A stretch of 64,000 nt of DNA from Chloroflexota bacterium (GTDB lineage Bacteria; Chloroflexota; Anaerolineae; UBA1429), in NCBI GenBank assembly GCA_034722245.1, contig JAYENT010000091.1, forward strand, positions 51,492-115,491. Direction: 5' to 3'. Shown in pieces: positions 10,018-19,840 of this stretch; position 1 is the first letter of the stretch, and each line of letters opens with the position of its first letter. The notes below the pieces were generated by a model. That model searched no databases. It saw only the letters and a list, made by a program, of their open reading frames with translations, and was not told where the DNA came from. The translations under genes were made by a program, and so were the position numbers.

Positions 10018-10806
10018 GTGCCTCACGTGAGCGTGGGCATACTCGCCTGCAATAACGAAGCGATCATCGCAGACTGTCTCCAAAGCGTGGCCTGGGCCGA
10101 CGATATCTTTGTCGTCCTTGACACGCGCAGCATAGATCGCACCGCTTCTGTCGCGCGCGCCTTTGGAGCGCGCGTTATACCTCATCGCTTCGAGAATTTC
10201 GCCGCGCAGCGAGAGTTCGGCCTCTCCCTGGCAAGGGGAGAATGGCTCTTCTATGTGGACTCGGACGAGCGAGCCACGCGCCACGTCGAGGAGGAGATAC
10301 GCCACGTGATACGGGACGACGCCATCAGCGGCTGGTGGATACCCAGGCGCAACATAATCTGGGGCAAAGAGATCCGCCACGGCGGCTGGTACCCCGACTA
10401 TCAACTGCGCCTTCTCAAAGTGGGACGCGCTCACTACAATCCCAAGTGGCAGGTGCATGAGATCGTAGATTTGGCGGGGGAAGCAGGCTATCTTAAAAAC
10501 CCCCTCATTCACTATAATTATCGGACCTTCGAAGAGTTCAGGCGTAAACAGCAGCAATACGTGCCCTACGAAGCCCGCATCCGGTACCAGGAAGGAAAAC
10601 GCCCAAAGCCCTGGACCTACCTATCTCAGCCACTCCGCGAGTTCTGGCGCCGGTACGTCACGTTGCAAGGGTACAAGGACGGCATCTGGGGATTGGTACT
10701 GTGCTCGTTGGTAGCCTACTACTATGGCTTTCTCGTCACCGTGCAACTTGGGAAGCTCTGGCACGAAAGGCAAGGGCGAGCAGCCAACGCTCGCCGGAAA
10801 GTATGA
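10018..10806 (+). CDS. Family 2 glycosyltransferase (LPS-core/KdtX-like subgroup)
   Basis: VGILACNNEAIIADCLQSV...FVVLDTRSIDRTASVA...YVDSDE; begins 2 nt after the previous GT2 stop. Confidence 0.75.
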   Translation: MPHVSVGILACNNEAIIADCLQSVAWADDIFVVLDTRSIDRTASVARAFGARVIPHRFENFAAQREFGLSLARGEWLFYVDSDERATRHVEEEIRHVIRDDAISGWWIPRRNIIWGKEIRHGGWYPDYQLRLLKVGRAHYNPKWQVHEIVDLAGEAGYLKNPLIHYNYRTFEEFRRKQQQYVPYEARIRYQEGKRPKPWTYLSQPLREFWRRYVTLQGYKDGIWGLVLCSLVAYYYGFLVTVQLGKLWHERQGRAANARRKV

Positions 10807-10822
10807 TCTTTCAAAGGGACAG

Positions 10823-11194
10823 ATGGTGGAACTGAGCGAGGAACGCTTTGAAGAGATCGTCGCCCAAACCCTGGATGATGTACCAGAGTGGATAAGTCAC
10901 AGAATGCAGAACGTGGCCATCGTCATTCGCCCCTGGCCAAGCCCCCAGCAGGTACACAAAACCCGGACGAAGGGTAGAATGCTGCTTGGTCTGTACGAAG
11001 GGGTGCCCCTCACAAGACGGGGGCATGCATATCGACTCGTTCCCCCGGACCGGATAACCCTCTTCCAGCAGCCCCTGCAGCGCGCCGCGCGCGACCAACA
11101 GGAGCTTGTGCAGTTGGTGCGCAGGACGGTCATCCACGAGATCGGCCATCACTTTGGCCTGTCAGAAAAAGATCTCAGCAGATTAGGGCTCTGA
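10823..11194 (+). CDS. Zincin-like metallopeptidase (DUF1025/Zincin_1-type, HExxH)
   Basis: VIHEIGHHFGLSE motif near the C-terminus. Start set at MVELSEE (10823), 17 nt after the GT2 stop, rather than the overlapping ORF-track start at 10724. Confidence 0.6.
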   Translation: MVELSEERFEEIVAQTLDDVPEWISHRMQNVAIVIRPWPSPQQVHKTRTKGRMLLGLYEGVPLTRRGHAYRLVPPDRITLFQQPLQRAARDQQELVQLVRRTVIHEIGHHFGLSEKDLSRLGL

Positions 11195-11249
11195 GCCCGC
11201 TTCCGAAGCCACATCCTGTTTATCGCGACGCGTTCTCGACACAGGCGCA

Positions 11250-14168
11250 TCACCCATCCTCGTTTTTCTCTTTCTCCGACTCGCGAATCACATGAACGTC
11301 AAACGGTTCACTTTCCATCTTGTTGCCCGCTTTATCATAGGCAGTGACATGGATACTGTGGGTCTCTGTCATGGCAACGGTATCAGACATAACCAGCATC
11401 CAGCGCAGGGTGTAAGGAGCGACCGTGCTGTGGCCGAGGGTACGGTCGTCAAGATGGAAATCCACACGATCCATGGACGTATTATCCTGGGCGTCAACTT
11501 GGATATTTATCCATTCGTCCTCATCAAGTACGAACACCTGATCGGGCTCGGGAAGAATGATATCCACGGTGGGAGATATATTATCCACGAGAACGGGCAC
11601 AGAAGCCCTATACACATTCCCTCCGGCAGCAGCAGAGAGCCGAAGCGTATATAGGCCATTCAACCCCTGCGTGTCCCAATTCTCCAGCAGACCATTGTCC
11701 ACACTATGACTGTGTTCAGCCCCTATTCTGACCCACGACTGGGGATTCATGCCCTCCCCGTACTCCAGCCAGTATTTCTCCAACCCTCCAGGCCTGCTGT
11801 TCCCCACGACGGGAAGTACCTTCCCAACCGGCTCAAAGAGCGTAGGCTCTATGATGGCCACGTCCGAGTTAGCCAGGCTGGGACCATGTACCTCACAATG
11901 CGCTTCGGGAGGCTGGGGTACTCCTTGTTCCCGAACCCAGTCCTCCGCTCCCGGAGGATATATCTCGAACACCACTTCTTCCACCTGGTCGGGGGGGCAA
12001 TATGCCGTGGCCAGCTTGCCCGATTGGTTACAGATGCGAAATGGACGATGTACATCATCCTCTTCTGTAGGCACCGTACCCTCAATAAAGATTTCCTGCT
12101 TCCGCCAGGGAGAGTACTGTGTCGGCAATTTGCCAGAGACCCCATCCACGACAGCAGTGACAAGACCCGGAGGCCGCTGAAAGTTCTCTACAGGTAAGCC
12201 TTCGTGCAGATAACGCATCATCTTGTTCCACATTGGCCCTGCAGTTCGCACGCCCGAGGCACGTTGCATCTCCTCGTAATCACTATTACCGACCCAAACG
12301 CCAACCACGTACTGCGGAGTGTATCCTATAGTCCAGCCATCGTGATAGTCGTTCGTCGTCCCCGTCTTGGCCGCTACAGGGCGCTCCTCCAGTTCCAGCA
12401 CGTTGTCATAGCCAAAGGCCGGCACGCGCGCCTTATTATCTGAGAGGATATCGGTGATCAAAAATGACACCTCCGGACGAAGCACCTCCTGCCGGTGTAG
12501 GGACTTGTGCTCATAAAGCACTCTCCCATGGGCATCCGTCACCTTGAGGATACTGACGGGGTCCAGCCGTCTCTCCCCTGGATCGACACGTTCCGAGACA
12601 ACGGGAACGCCATACATGGTGCCCCCGTTAGCGAACACATTAAAGGCATATACCATGTCAAGGAGCTTCACCTCCGCTCCCCCCAGCGTCAGGGAAAGCC
12701 CATAATGCGCCTCATCAAGCGTCGTAATGCCCATGGCGCGAGCCGTGCTCACGATCTTGTCCGTCCCCACTTTGTAAGCCATAGCCACTGCGGGCACGTT
12801 ATACGAGCATGCCAACGCGCGCCGCAACAATATAGGGCCATGAAACGTCCGAGAGTAGTTCTCGGGCACATAAGGCGCTGGATTGGGGGGGTCGGGAAAA
12901 CTGGAGCGCACATCCATAACCATCGTGGCGGGCGTATATCCCTCAGCAAAAGCCGTAGCATAGGTGAACGGCTTAAAGCTCGACCCCGGTTGGCGGGGCG
13001 AGATAGCCATGTTGACCTGCCCGTCTATCGATTCATCGTTGTAATCGACACTTCCCACCATGGCCTTGATCTCGGCCGTTTTAGCATCCAGGACAACCAT
13101 GGCCGCGTTATGAGCGTTATGCGTATCACGCAATTCACTGATGCCTTCGCGCACCACTTCCTCCGCTTTGGCTTGCGTCTCCAAGTCGATGGAGGTGATA
13201 ACGCTCAATCCCCCCCCGTACACGACCTCACTACCATACTCAGCCTCTAGGCGATCTCGCACATACAAAACAAAGTGGGGAGCCTCAATGTCGAACCCCG
13301 GAGGAGCGATGACCAAAGGCTCCTGTTTGGCAGCCCAGGCCTCCTCAGCGGTGATATATCCCTGCACATACATCTCGTCTAGAACGATCTCTTGACGCTT
13401 TTTGGCCTCCTCAGGGCAATCGATGGGGTTCAGCGCTGGGGCGTTGCCCAATGGCACCAGCATCGCCGCCTCGGCCAAACTGAGGTCCGCCGCGCTCTTG
13501 CCAAAGTACGTCTGGGCCGCCGCCTCTATCCCATAAGCATGATGCCCGTAAAAGATATTATTAAGATACCATTCGAGGACCTCTTGCTTGCCCTCTATAC
13601 CTGGATAGCGACGCGATAGTTCGAAAGCAAGAACCATCTCTTTGACCTTGCGCACATAGCTGCGCTGCATCCGCTCCTCGGCTGTCATGATGACATTTCG
13701 AACCAGTTGCTGGTGGATGGAACTCCCGCCCCCGGCATATTCGCCCCGCACTATACCCCAGGCCGCCCGTAGCACTCCTTCCACATTGATGCCACCGGGA
13801 TTGGTATAGAAAGTCTTGTCCTCGACAGCAATGGTCCCATTGCGCAGATCCTCGGAGATACGAGAAAGGGGAACCCACGTTCGCCGTCCCCCCTCTGCGG
13901 GAACGATCTCATACAATAGATGCTCGCCCGTTCTATCATAGATGCGCGTCGTCTCGAATGTTTCCACACTACGGCGCTGAACCTCCTCGGGGGAGGGCAG
14001 TTCCTGTGCATAGACAGCATACACCGTGAACACAGCCCCTCCGATGGTAAAGAAAAACGCGAACAGCGAAAGGACCATGGCTATCAGAATGGCGATAGAA
14101 AAGCGGAGGGCTAAAAGCCCTCCACTCTTCTTCGAACGATCATGGGGTAGAACCCATCTATAGCGCAT
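11250..14168 (-). CDS. Class A penicillin-binding protein (GT51 transglycosylase + transpeptidase) with a C-terminal Ig-like extension
   Basis: 972 aa; GT51 motifs (AVEDKTFYTNPGGINVEG...), transpeptidase SSFKP, SYN and KTGTT boxes, and an N-terminal TM anchor. Starts 2 nt after the rpoC stop. Confidence 0.9.
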   Translation of the reverse strand: MRYRWVLPHDRSKKSGGLLALRFSIAILIAMVLSLFAFFFTIGGAVFTVYAVYAQELPSPEEVQRRSVETFETTRIYDRTGEHLLYEIVPAEGGRRTWVPLSRISEDLRNGTIAVEDKTFYTNPGGINVEGVLRAAWGIVRGEYAGGGSSIHQQLVRNVIMTAEERMQRSYVRKVKEMVLAFELSRRYPGIEGKQEVLEWYLNNIFYGHHAYGIEAAAQTYFGKSAADLSLAEAAMLVPLGNAPALNPIDCPEEAKKRQEIVLDEMYVQGYITAEEAWAAKQEPLVIAPPGFDIEAPHFVLYVRDRLEAEYGSEVVYGGGLSVITSIDLETQAKAEEVVREGISELRDTHNAHNAAMVVLDAKTAEIKAMVGSVDYNDESIDGQVNMAISPRQPGSSFKPFTYATAFAEGYTPATMVMDVRSSFPDPPNPAPYVPENYSRTFHGPILLRRALACSYNVPAVAMAYKVGTDKIVSTARAMGITTLDEAHYGLSLTLGGAEVKLLDMVYAFNVFANGGTMYGVPVVSERVDPGERRLDPVSILKVTDAHGRVLYEHKSLHRQEVLRPEVSFLITDILSDNKARVPAFGYDNVLELEERPVAAKTGTTNDYHDGWTIGYTPQYVVGVWVGNSDYEEMQRASGVRTAGPMWNKMMRYLHEGLPVENFQRPPGLVTAVVDGVSGKLPTQYSPWRKQEIFIEGTVPTEEDDVHRPFRICNQSGKLATAYCPPDQVEEVVFEIYPPGAEDWVREQGVPQPPEAHCEVHGPSLANSDVAIIEPTLFEPVGKVLPVVGNSRPGGLEKYWLEYGEGMNPQSWVRIGAEHSHSVDNGLLENWDTQGLNGLYTLRLSAAAGGNVYRASVPVLVDNISPTVDIILPEPDQVFVLDEDEWINIQVDAQDNTSMDRVDFHLDDRTLGHSTVAPYTLRWMLVMSDTVAMTETHSIHVTAYDKAGNKMESEPFDVHVIRESEKEKNEDG

Positions 14169-14170
14169 CG

Positions 14171-17100
14171 TTATCCTTCAGCGCCTGGTTCCGATATGGC
14201 TTCCCCAGAATCACCGCCTTGGGCCATAAGAGCTGTATCCCCAGCACGGACTGTTACGTCGGACTCGGAAAACGTATCGGCACCGAATCCTCCCAAGAAA
14301 TCGGCATTCAAGGGTTCCAGAACGGGCTCTTCTTCGCGCTCTGCCTCTTCGGCCGCTTCTTCCTCTTCGGGCCGGAACCCCGTGCCCACAGGTATGAGCT
14401 TGCCGATCAGCACATTCTCCTTCAAGCCGTGCAACGGATCGACTTTGCCCTCAACAGCCGCATTGGCCAATACCTTGATAGTGTGCTGGAAAGAGGCGGC
14501 GGAGAGGAAACTCTCTGTGCTCAATGCCCCCTTCGTTATACCCAGGATCACGGGCTCTGCTGTGGCAGGTTCACCGCCCTCTTCGATGATCTCAGTATTC
14601 AACTCCTCAAACTCGACCCTATCAACAAGCTCGCCAGGGAGCAGCTCGCTATCGCCACTGGAGGTCACCTCTACATAACGCAACATCTGGCGCACAACCA
14701 CCTCGATGTGTTTGTCATGGATGGCCACACCCTGAGACCTGTAGACCTTCTGGACCTCGGTGATCATATAGTCACGGAGCGCCTCAATGCCGAGAATGGA
14801 AAGAATCTGATGCGGGTTCTTTGATCCCTCCGTGATCATCTCTCCTGCCTCGATCATATCGCCATCCTGCACGCGCAATCGCGCACCTGCGCGTATATGA
14901 TACGTGCGCTCTTCCTTCTCCTCATGGAGAATCACGATATGACCATCCTCCATGCTTACCCGCCCAGAAACCTCCGCGAGCACGTCTTCTTGTCCCTTCC
15001 GGCTGCCCAGCAAGTCGCCTTTTTCTACAGAATCCCCGTCCTCGACCTTGATCGAGTAGTTGCCAGGGACATCGTGTTCAACGCGCTGAACATCGGTAGA
15101 GACAACCCTGACCGTCCGCTTGCCGTCCCTGCTTTCGATGGAAACACGGCCATCTATCTCCGAGATGACCGCCTGCCCCTGTGGATCACGGGCCTCAAAG
15201 AGCTCTTCCACACGAGGCAGACCCTGCGTGATATCGCTGGCTCCGGCCACACCGCCAGTGTGGAAAGTACGCAACGTAAGCTGGGTGCCGGGCTCACCGA
15301 TCGATTGAGCAGCGATGACGCCCACGGCTACCCCTTTATCAACGACGGAGCCCCGCGCTAAATCCCGCCCATAGCACTTACGACAAATGCCATGGCGGAG
15401 CGAGCAGGTCAAAGGCGAACGTACGTGGATGGAATCGATGGCAGATTCTTCCAGCATCTGCGCCATCTCCTCATCGATCTCCTCATCCACATCGACCAAT
15501 ATCTCTCCCGTATCCGGATCGACAACAGGAGTGGCAACAAAGCGCCCGGCAATACGCTCAGCAAAAGGCTCACCTATCTCTTCGCTGCCCTCTCTCGTTA
15601 TCCAGATACCCTGACTCGTGCCGCAATCGTCCTCTGTGATAATCACGCCCTGTGCCACGTCCACAAGCCGGCGCGTCAGGTATCCGGCATCCGCCGTCCG
15701 CAGCGCCGTATCGGCCAATCCCTTACGGGCTCCGCTCGTGGAGATGAAATACTCCAACGAGTTCAGCCCTTCGCGGAAATTGGAGCGGATGGGCAGGTCG
15801 ATGATGCGCCCTGACGGATCAGCCATAAGGCCGCGCATGCCTGCTAACTGCCCAATGGGCTGTAACCCGCCCTTGCTGGCACCAGAATCCACCATGATCC
15901 CCAAGGCACTGTGAGGGTCCAGGGAACGCGCGACGGCTCTTGTCACTCTCTCTGTGGCATCAGACCACACGTCAATCGTTCGCGCATATCGCTCGTCCTC
16001 TGTGATAAGACCGCGGCGATACTGACGCTCCACTTCGGAGATAGTCTCCTCCGCTTCCGCGAGAACCTGAGCCTTCTCTTCCGGCACGTGAATATCATCG
16101 ATGGCCATGGTCACACCAGAGAGCATGGCATAGTCGAATCCCATATCTTTCAGCCTGTCGGTTATCTTGGCCGTATGCTCCGGCCCAGTGACCTTATAGG
16201 CCCTTGCGGTCAACTCTCTCATAGCGCCTTTATCCATCGCCCTATTCACAAAGCGCAGCTCAGGAGGCAGATAGCTATTGAACAAGACGCGACCCACAGT
16301 GGTATCTAGGACCTCTGTTTCATCGCTGTCTTCTGGCGTGTAGGCAAACTTGATTTTGGCATGTACATGGACAAAGCCTAACTCGTAGGCCATCTGGACC
16401 TCTTCAAAGGACGAAAACGCCTTGCCCTCTCCCTTAACGCCCTCCTCCTCCATAGTCAAGTAATAGGAACCCAGCACCATGTCCTTAGTGGGTGCCACCA
16501 GCGGTTCTCCATTGGCCGGTTTGAGCTGATTTCTCGTAGAAAGCATGATCTCACGGCATTCTTTGACGGCAGCTTCTGACAAAGGCACGTGAACGGCCAT
16601 CTGGTCACCATCAAAGTCCGCGTTGAAAGCAGCACAAACCAGTGGGTGCAATTGAATGGCATTCCCTTCAACCAAAACGGGCTCGAAGGCCTGGATACCC
16701 AGGCGGTGCAGCGTGGGCGCGCGATTCAGGAGAACAGGTCGCGTCTTGATGACCTCCTCCAGCACCTCCCACACTTCTGGCGTCTCGCGCTCTATCAGGC
16801 GTTTCGCCCCCTTGACGTTGATCGCATGGGCGTATTCCACCAGCTTCTGCATCACAAAGGGGCGGAAAAGCTCCAGCGCCATACGCCTCGGAAGCCCACA
16901 CTCGTGCATCTCAAGATCGGGTCCCACCACGATGACGGAACGGCCCGAATAGTCCACCCGCTTCCCCAACAGATTCCGCCGGAAACGCCCCTGTTTCCCC
17001 TTGAGCATATCCGACAGCGACTTGAGTTGCCGCCGGCCATGCAAGGATACTGCTTTGCCCTGTCGACTGTTATCAATGAGGGAATCCACAGCCTCCTGCA

Positions 17101-18496
17101 GCATCCGCTTCTCATTGCGCACGATAACTTCGGGGGCCTGTAGCTCCAAGAGGTGCTTCAAGCGGTTATTGCGGTTGATCACGCGACGATAGAGGTCGTT
17201 CAGATCACTCGTCGCAAACCGCCCGCCGTCAAGCTGCACCATAGGGCGCAATGCAGGAGGTATCACGGGCAACACCTGTAGAATCATCCACTCTGGTCGG
17301 TTGTTCCCCTCAATCAGGGCACGCACGAACCGGAGACGCTTGATTGCCTTCTTCTTCCTTTGCTTCGAGGTCTCTGTCCTGATCTGTTCCCTTAGCTGCT
17401 CCACGAGTTCCTCAAGATTCATATTGGAGATGATCTCCAACACCGCCTCGGCGCCCATCCCCGCCTCGAACACACGGCCCCATTTGGCTTGAAGCTCTCG
17501 GTATTGGGTCTCATTGAGGCGCTGCTTGACCTTGATATTCACCAGCTCCTCTTTGTCTTTTTCGAAGCGTTCGCGAACTGCCTCGCTCTTTTCAAACAGC
17601 TCCTCCTGTAATCTCTCTTTATATTCTTCGAGCTTATGAGCAGCCGCCTCGCGCTCATGCTGCAAGGGCTCAAGCAACCTTTCCTGCTCCAGCGAAAACT
17701 TTTCCTCAAGCCGTGTGAGCTCTTCCTGCACAATCTCGTTGAATTCGCCAATATCCTCTCGTTGAATCGTCTCGCCCTCTTTCACCACCGTCGCCCCCGT
17801 GGGACTGAAGACAAGAGTCTCCGGCGCAGCCTCACCACGATACTGATCCAGCACCTCACGCAGACGGGTCGCCTCGTCCATCACTGCTTCCGTCGCCTCC
17901 TCAAGACGCTGCTCAATATCCTCCCTGATCTCTGCCTCTTTCTCGTCCGCAGCGTCGCGAATCTGGCCCAGCTGAGCCTCCATGATGCTGAGCTCGTCCT
18001 GCTTTTCCTCTTCGAGTCGAGCAACTTCATCGTTCATCTCATCCTCCCGATGATGGAGTGCTCGCTCGCGCGCTTTCTCATCAACGGAGGTGATGATATA
18101 CTTCGCAAAATAGAGAACGCGATCCAGCTTCCTTCGCGATATGTTCAGCAGCAAAGCCAAATAGCTTGGAGAACGCCGGGTGTACCAGATATGAGCCACA
18201 GGAGCGGCCAACTCAATATGGCCCATGCGCTCGCGACGAACCCGTGAATGGGTGACCTCTACACCACACTTGTCGCAGATAATGCCCCTATAACGAACGC
18301 CTTTGTATTTGCCACAGGCACACTGCCAATCCTTAGTGGGACCGAATATTGCTTCGCAGAATAGGCCGTCCTTCTCGGGACGAAGTCGCCGATAGTTGAT
18401 AGTCTCTGGTTCCGTCACCTCCCCATAGGACCAAGAACGAATCTGCTCGGGCGACGCCAAACTGAGTCTCAAGCTCTTAATCTCGTTGAGTTCCAA
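14171..18496 (-). CDS. rpoC: DNA-directed RNA polymerase subunit beta' with a large lineage-specific insertion
   Basis: 1441 aa; Zn-finger CACGKYKG...CDKCGVEV, catalytic [16 protein letters not shown], and a coiled-coil insertion. The start codon is TTG at 18496 (read as ttggaactcaacgag), with RBS AGGAGGG 8 nt upstream. Confidence 0.95.
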   Translation of the reverse strand: MELNEIKSLRLSLASPEQIRSWSYGEVTEPETINYRRLRPEKDGLFCEAIFGPTKDWQCACGKYKGVRYRGIICDKCGVEVTHSRVRRERMGHIELAAPVAHIWYTRRSPSYLALLLNISRRKLDRVLYFAKYIITSVDEKARERALHHREDEMNDEVARLEEEKQDELSIMEAQLGQIRDAADEKEAEIREDIEQRLEEATEAVMDEATRLREVLDQYRGEAAPETLVFSPTGATVVKEGETIQREDIGEFNEIVQEELTRLEEKFSLEQERLLEPLQHEREAAAHKLEEYKERLQEELFEKSEAVRERFEKDKEELVNIKVKQRLNETQYRELQAKWGRVFEAGMGAEAVLEIISNMNLEELVEQLREQIRTETSKQRKKKAIKRLRFVRALIEGNNRPEWMILQVLPVIPPALRPMVQLDGGRFATSDLNDLYRRVINRNNRLKHLLELQAPEVIVRNEKRMLQEAVDSLIDNSRQGKAVSLHGRRQLKSLSDMLKGKQGRFRRNLLGKRVDYSGRSVIVVGPDLEMHECGLPRRMALELFRPFVMQKLVEYAHAINVKGAKRLIERETPEVWEVLEEVIKTRPVLLNRAPTLHRLGIQAFEPVLVEGNAIQLHPLVCAAFNADFDGDQMAVHVPLSEAAVKECREIMLSTRNQLKPANGEPLVAPTKDMVLGSYYLTMEEEGVKGEGKAFSSFEEVQMAYELGFVHVHAKIKFAYTPEDSDETEVLDTTVGRVLFNSYLPPELRFVNRAMDKGAMRELTARAYKVTGPEHTAKITDRLKDMGFDYAMLSGVTMAIDDIHVPEEKAQVLAEAEETISEVERQYRRGLITEDERYARTIDVWSDATERVTRAVARSLDPHSALGIMVDSGASKGGLQPIGQLAGMRGLMADPSGRIIDLPIRSNFREGLNSLEYFISTSGARKGLADTALRTADAGYLTRRLVDVAQGVIITEDDCGTSQGIWITREGSEEIGEPFAERIAGRFVATPVVDPDTGEILVDVDEEIDEEMAQMLEESAIDSIHVRSPLTCSLRHGICRKCYGRDLARGSVVDKGVAVGVIAAQSIGEPGTQLTLRTFHTGGVAGASDITQGLPRVEELFEARDPQGQAVISEIDGRVSIESRDGKRTVRVVSTDVQRVEHDVPGNYSIKVEDGDSVEKGDLLGSRKGQEDVLAEVSGRVSMEDGHIVILHEEKEERTYHIRAGARLRVQDGDMIEAGEMITEGSKNPHQILSILGIEALRDYMITEVQKVYRSQGVAIHDKHIEVVVRQMLRYVEVTSSGDSELLPGELVDRVEFEELNTEIIEEGGEPATAEPVILGITKGALSTESFLSAASFQHTIKVLANAAVEGKVDPLHGLKENVLIGKLIPVGTGFRPEEEEAAEEAEREEEPVLEPLNADFLGGFGADTFSESDVTVRAGDTALMAQGGDSGEAISEPGAEG

Positions 18497-18652
18497 GGTG
18501 CCCTCCTAATTCACTGAGGCGTAAGATGAGAGAGTCTAGTGTCTCAATCCGCAGAAGCGCAAAAAATCTCGGTTCCTGTCCTCCAGTCTGACGAACGGAA
18601 GATCTTCAAACCGAGACCAACCCCCGATATGAAACACTTGCAATAAGCATTT

Positions 18653-18772
18653 GGATCCAATGAAAAAAGGTTTTTCATTGGACAAAGGATACCCTATACT
18701 GTGATTGTGCTCTGCACGACCACAATATATGCCCCACGCTTCTTTCTGGCTCCCCCTTTTTCCGGGGCAACC
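18653..18772 (-). ncRNA. Copy A of a roughly 120-nt hairpin-rich conserved element, in the rpoC 5' leader
   Basis: An 11-bp perfect hairpin CCAATGAAAAA-agg-TTTTTCATTGG (18657-18681), an imperfect 11-bp hairpin (18700-18724), a conserved ATATATGYCCC block and a GGCYnCCC...GGGnAGCC hairpin; homologous to 56747-56865. Confidence 0.5.
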
Positions 18773-18844
18773 AACATTTGAGGAATAACGTGCCACTCTG
18801 TACACAGTACACACTAGGCACGAGATATCCAAAATACAAAACAT

Positions 18845-18873
18845 AGTTTACACCCGATGCTAGTTCGTGTCAA
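18845..18873 (-). promoter_or_regulatory. Candidate sigma-70 promoter for rpoC (TTGACA-17-TAAACT), giving a roughly 340-nt 5' leader
   Basis: Reverse strand reads gatTTGACAcgaactagcatcgggtgTAAACTatg; the leader contains the hairpin-rich element at 18653-18772. Confidence 0.45.
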
Positions 18874-19003
18874 ATCACCGAAAGCGCAGGGTGTTGAAAA
18901 AGTGATCCTGAAATTGACGGCGGGCTGAGAGTTTGCCCTGAGGGTAGGAATTTGAGATAGGGTCTGGCTAGAGAGTTCACTGAATGCATGAGGGAGCATA
19001 GAT

Positions 19004-19589
19004 ATGTCGCGCAAGCCTCATTTCCAGGACACCGGCAAAGGCTCGTTCTTCGGGGACCTGGTGTACGATCGCATTATCCCGGAGGACCACTTTCTCGTGG
19101 CTCTGAATAATCTCTTCGACTGGGACGCCTTGAGCGGCCGCTTGCTCGAGGCCTATCGAGGCGAGGGGACGCTAGGACGGCCGCCCTACAATCCAGTACA
19201 GATGTTCAAGATGCTGTTCATCTCTTATCTTTATGGCGTTTCAGAGCGTGCGGTGGAGGAACTGGTCAACTCCCCCCTGGTACTGAAGTGGTTCATAGGA
19301 CTGGCCGTGGATGAACCGGCCCCAGACCATAGTTCCTTAACGGTATTCAAAAACCGTTACCTGAAACCAGGCAAAGGGCGAGCTTTTGATGGCCTGCTTC
19401 GACGAGATCATCCAGGAAGCTGTAGCACAGGGGGTGGAACTGGGCGATCTACAGGTCTTGGACAGCGTGCACACGGAAGCCAACGTCAACGCGGAGAAGG
19501 ACCAGAAGCGGCACTGGTCAACAAAGGGCGACGGGCAGAGAGGCTCAAGCCTGTTTATACCAGTCTGCCCTGGGGGTAGTGGCCGTTAG
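19004..19589 (+). mobile_element. Degenerate IS5/IS1182-family transposase remnant (frameshifted, truncated)
   Basis: N-terminal DUF772-like region (DRIIPEDHFLVALNNLFDWD...PPYNPVQMFKMLFISYLYG). The sequence continues in another frame (19386..19589: ...FDEIIQEAVAQGVELGDLQVLDSVHTEANVN) and then stops. No DDE catalytic region or intact terminal repeats were seen. A 9-bp hairpin ATGCCCGCT/AGCGGGCAT at 19640-19674 lies just beyond. Confidence 0.6.
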
Positions 19590-19840
19590 ACCAAGGTGAC
19601 AGGCCCAGGGCGAGCTATTGGGCCAGAAGGGAAGAGCCCATGCCCGCTCAGCGCGAAGGAAGGCAAGCGGGCATAGGGCCTCACCCTGCACAAACGCCCC
19701 GCTCAACCGCAAACTGCCTCCAGACAGGGGCCGTTCAAACCGAGCATTGAAACCTAAGTCCCGTATCGCCCAGAAAACGTCGCGGAATGCACTTGGTCAT
19801 AAACATCCTCCTACGGTCAAATGGACCGAAAGCCCGAAAC

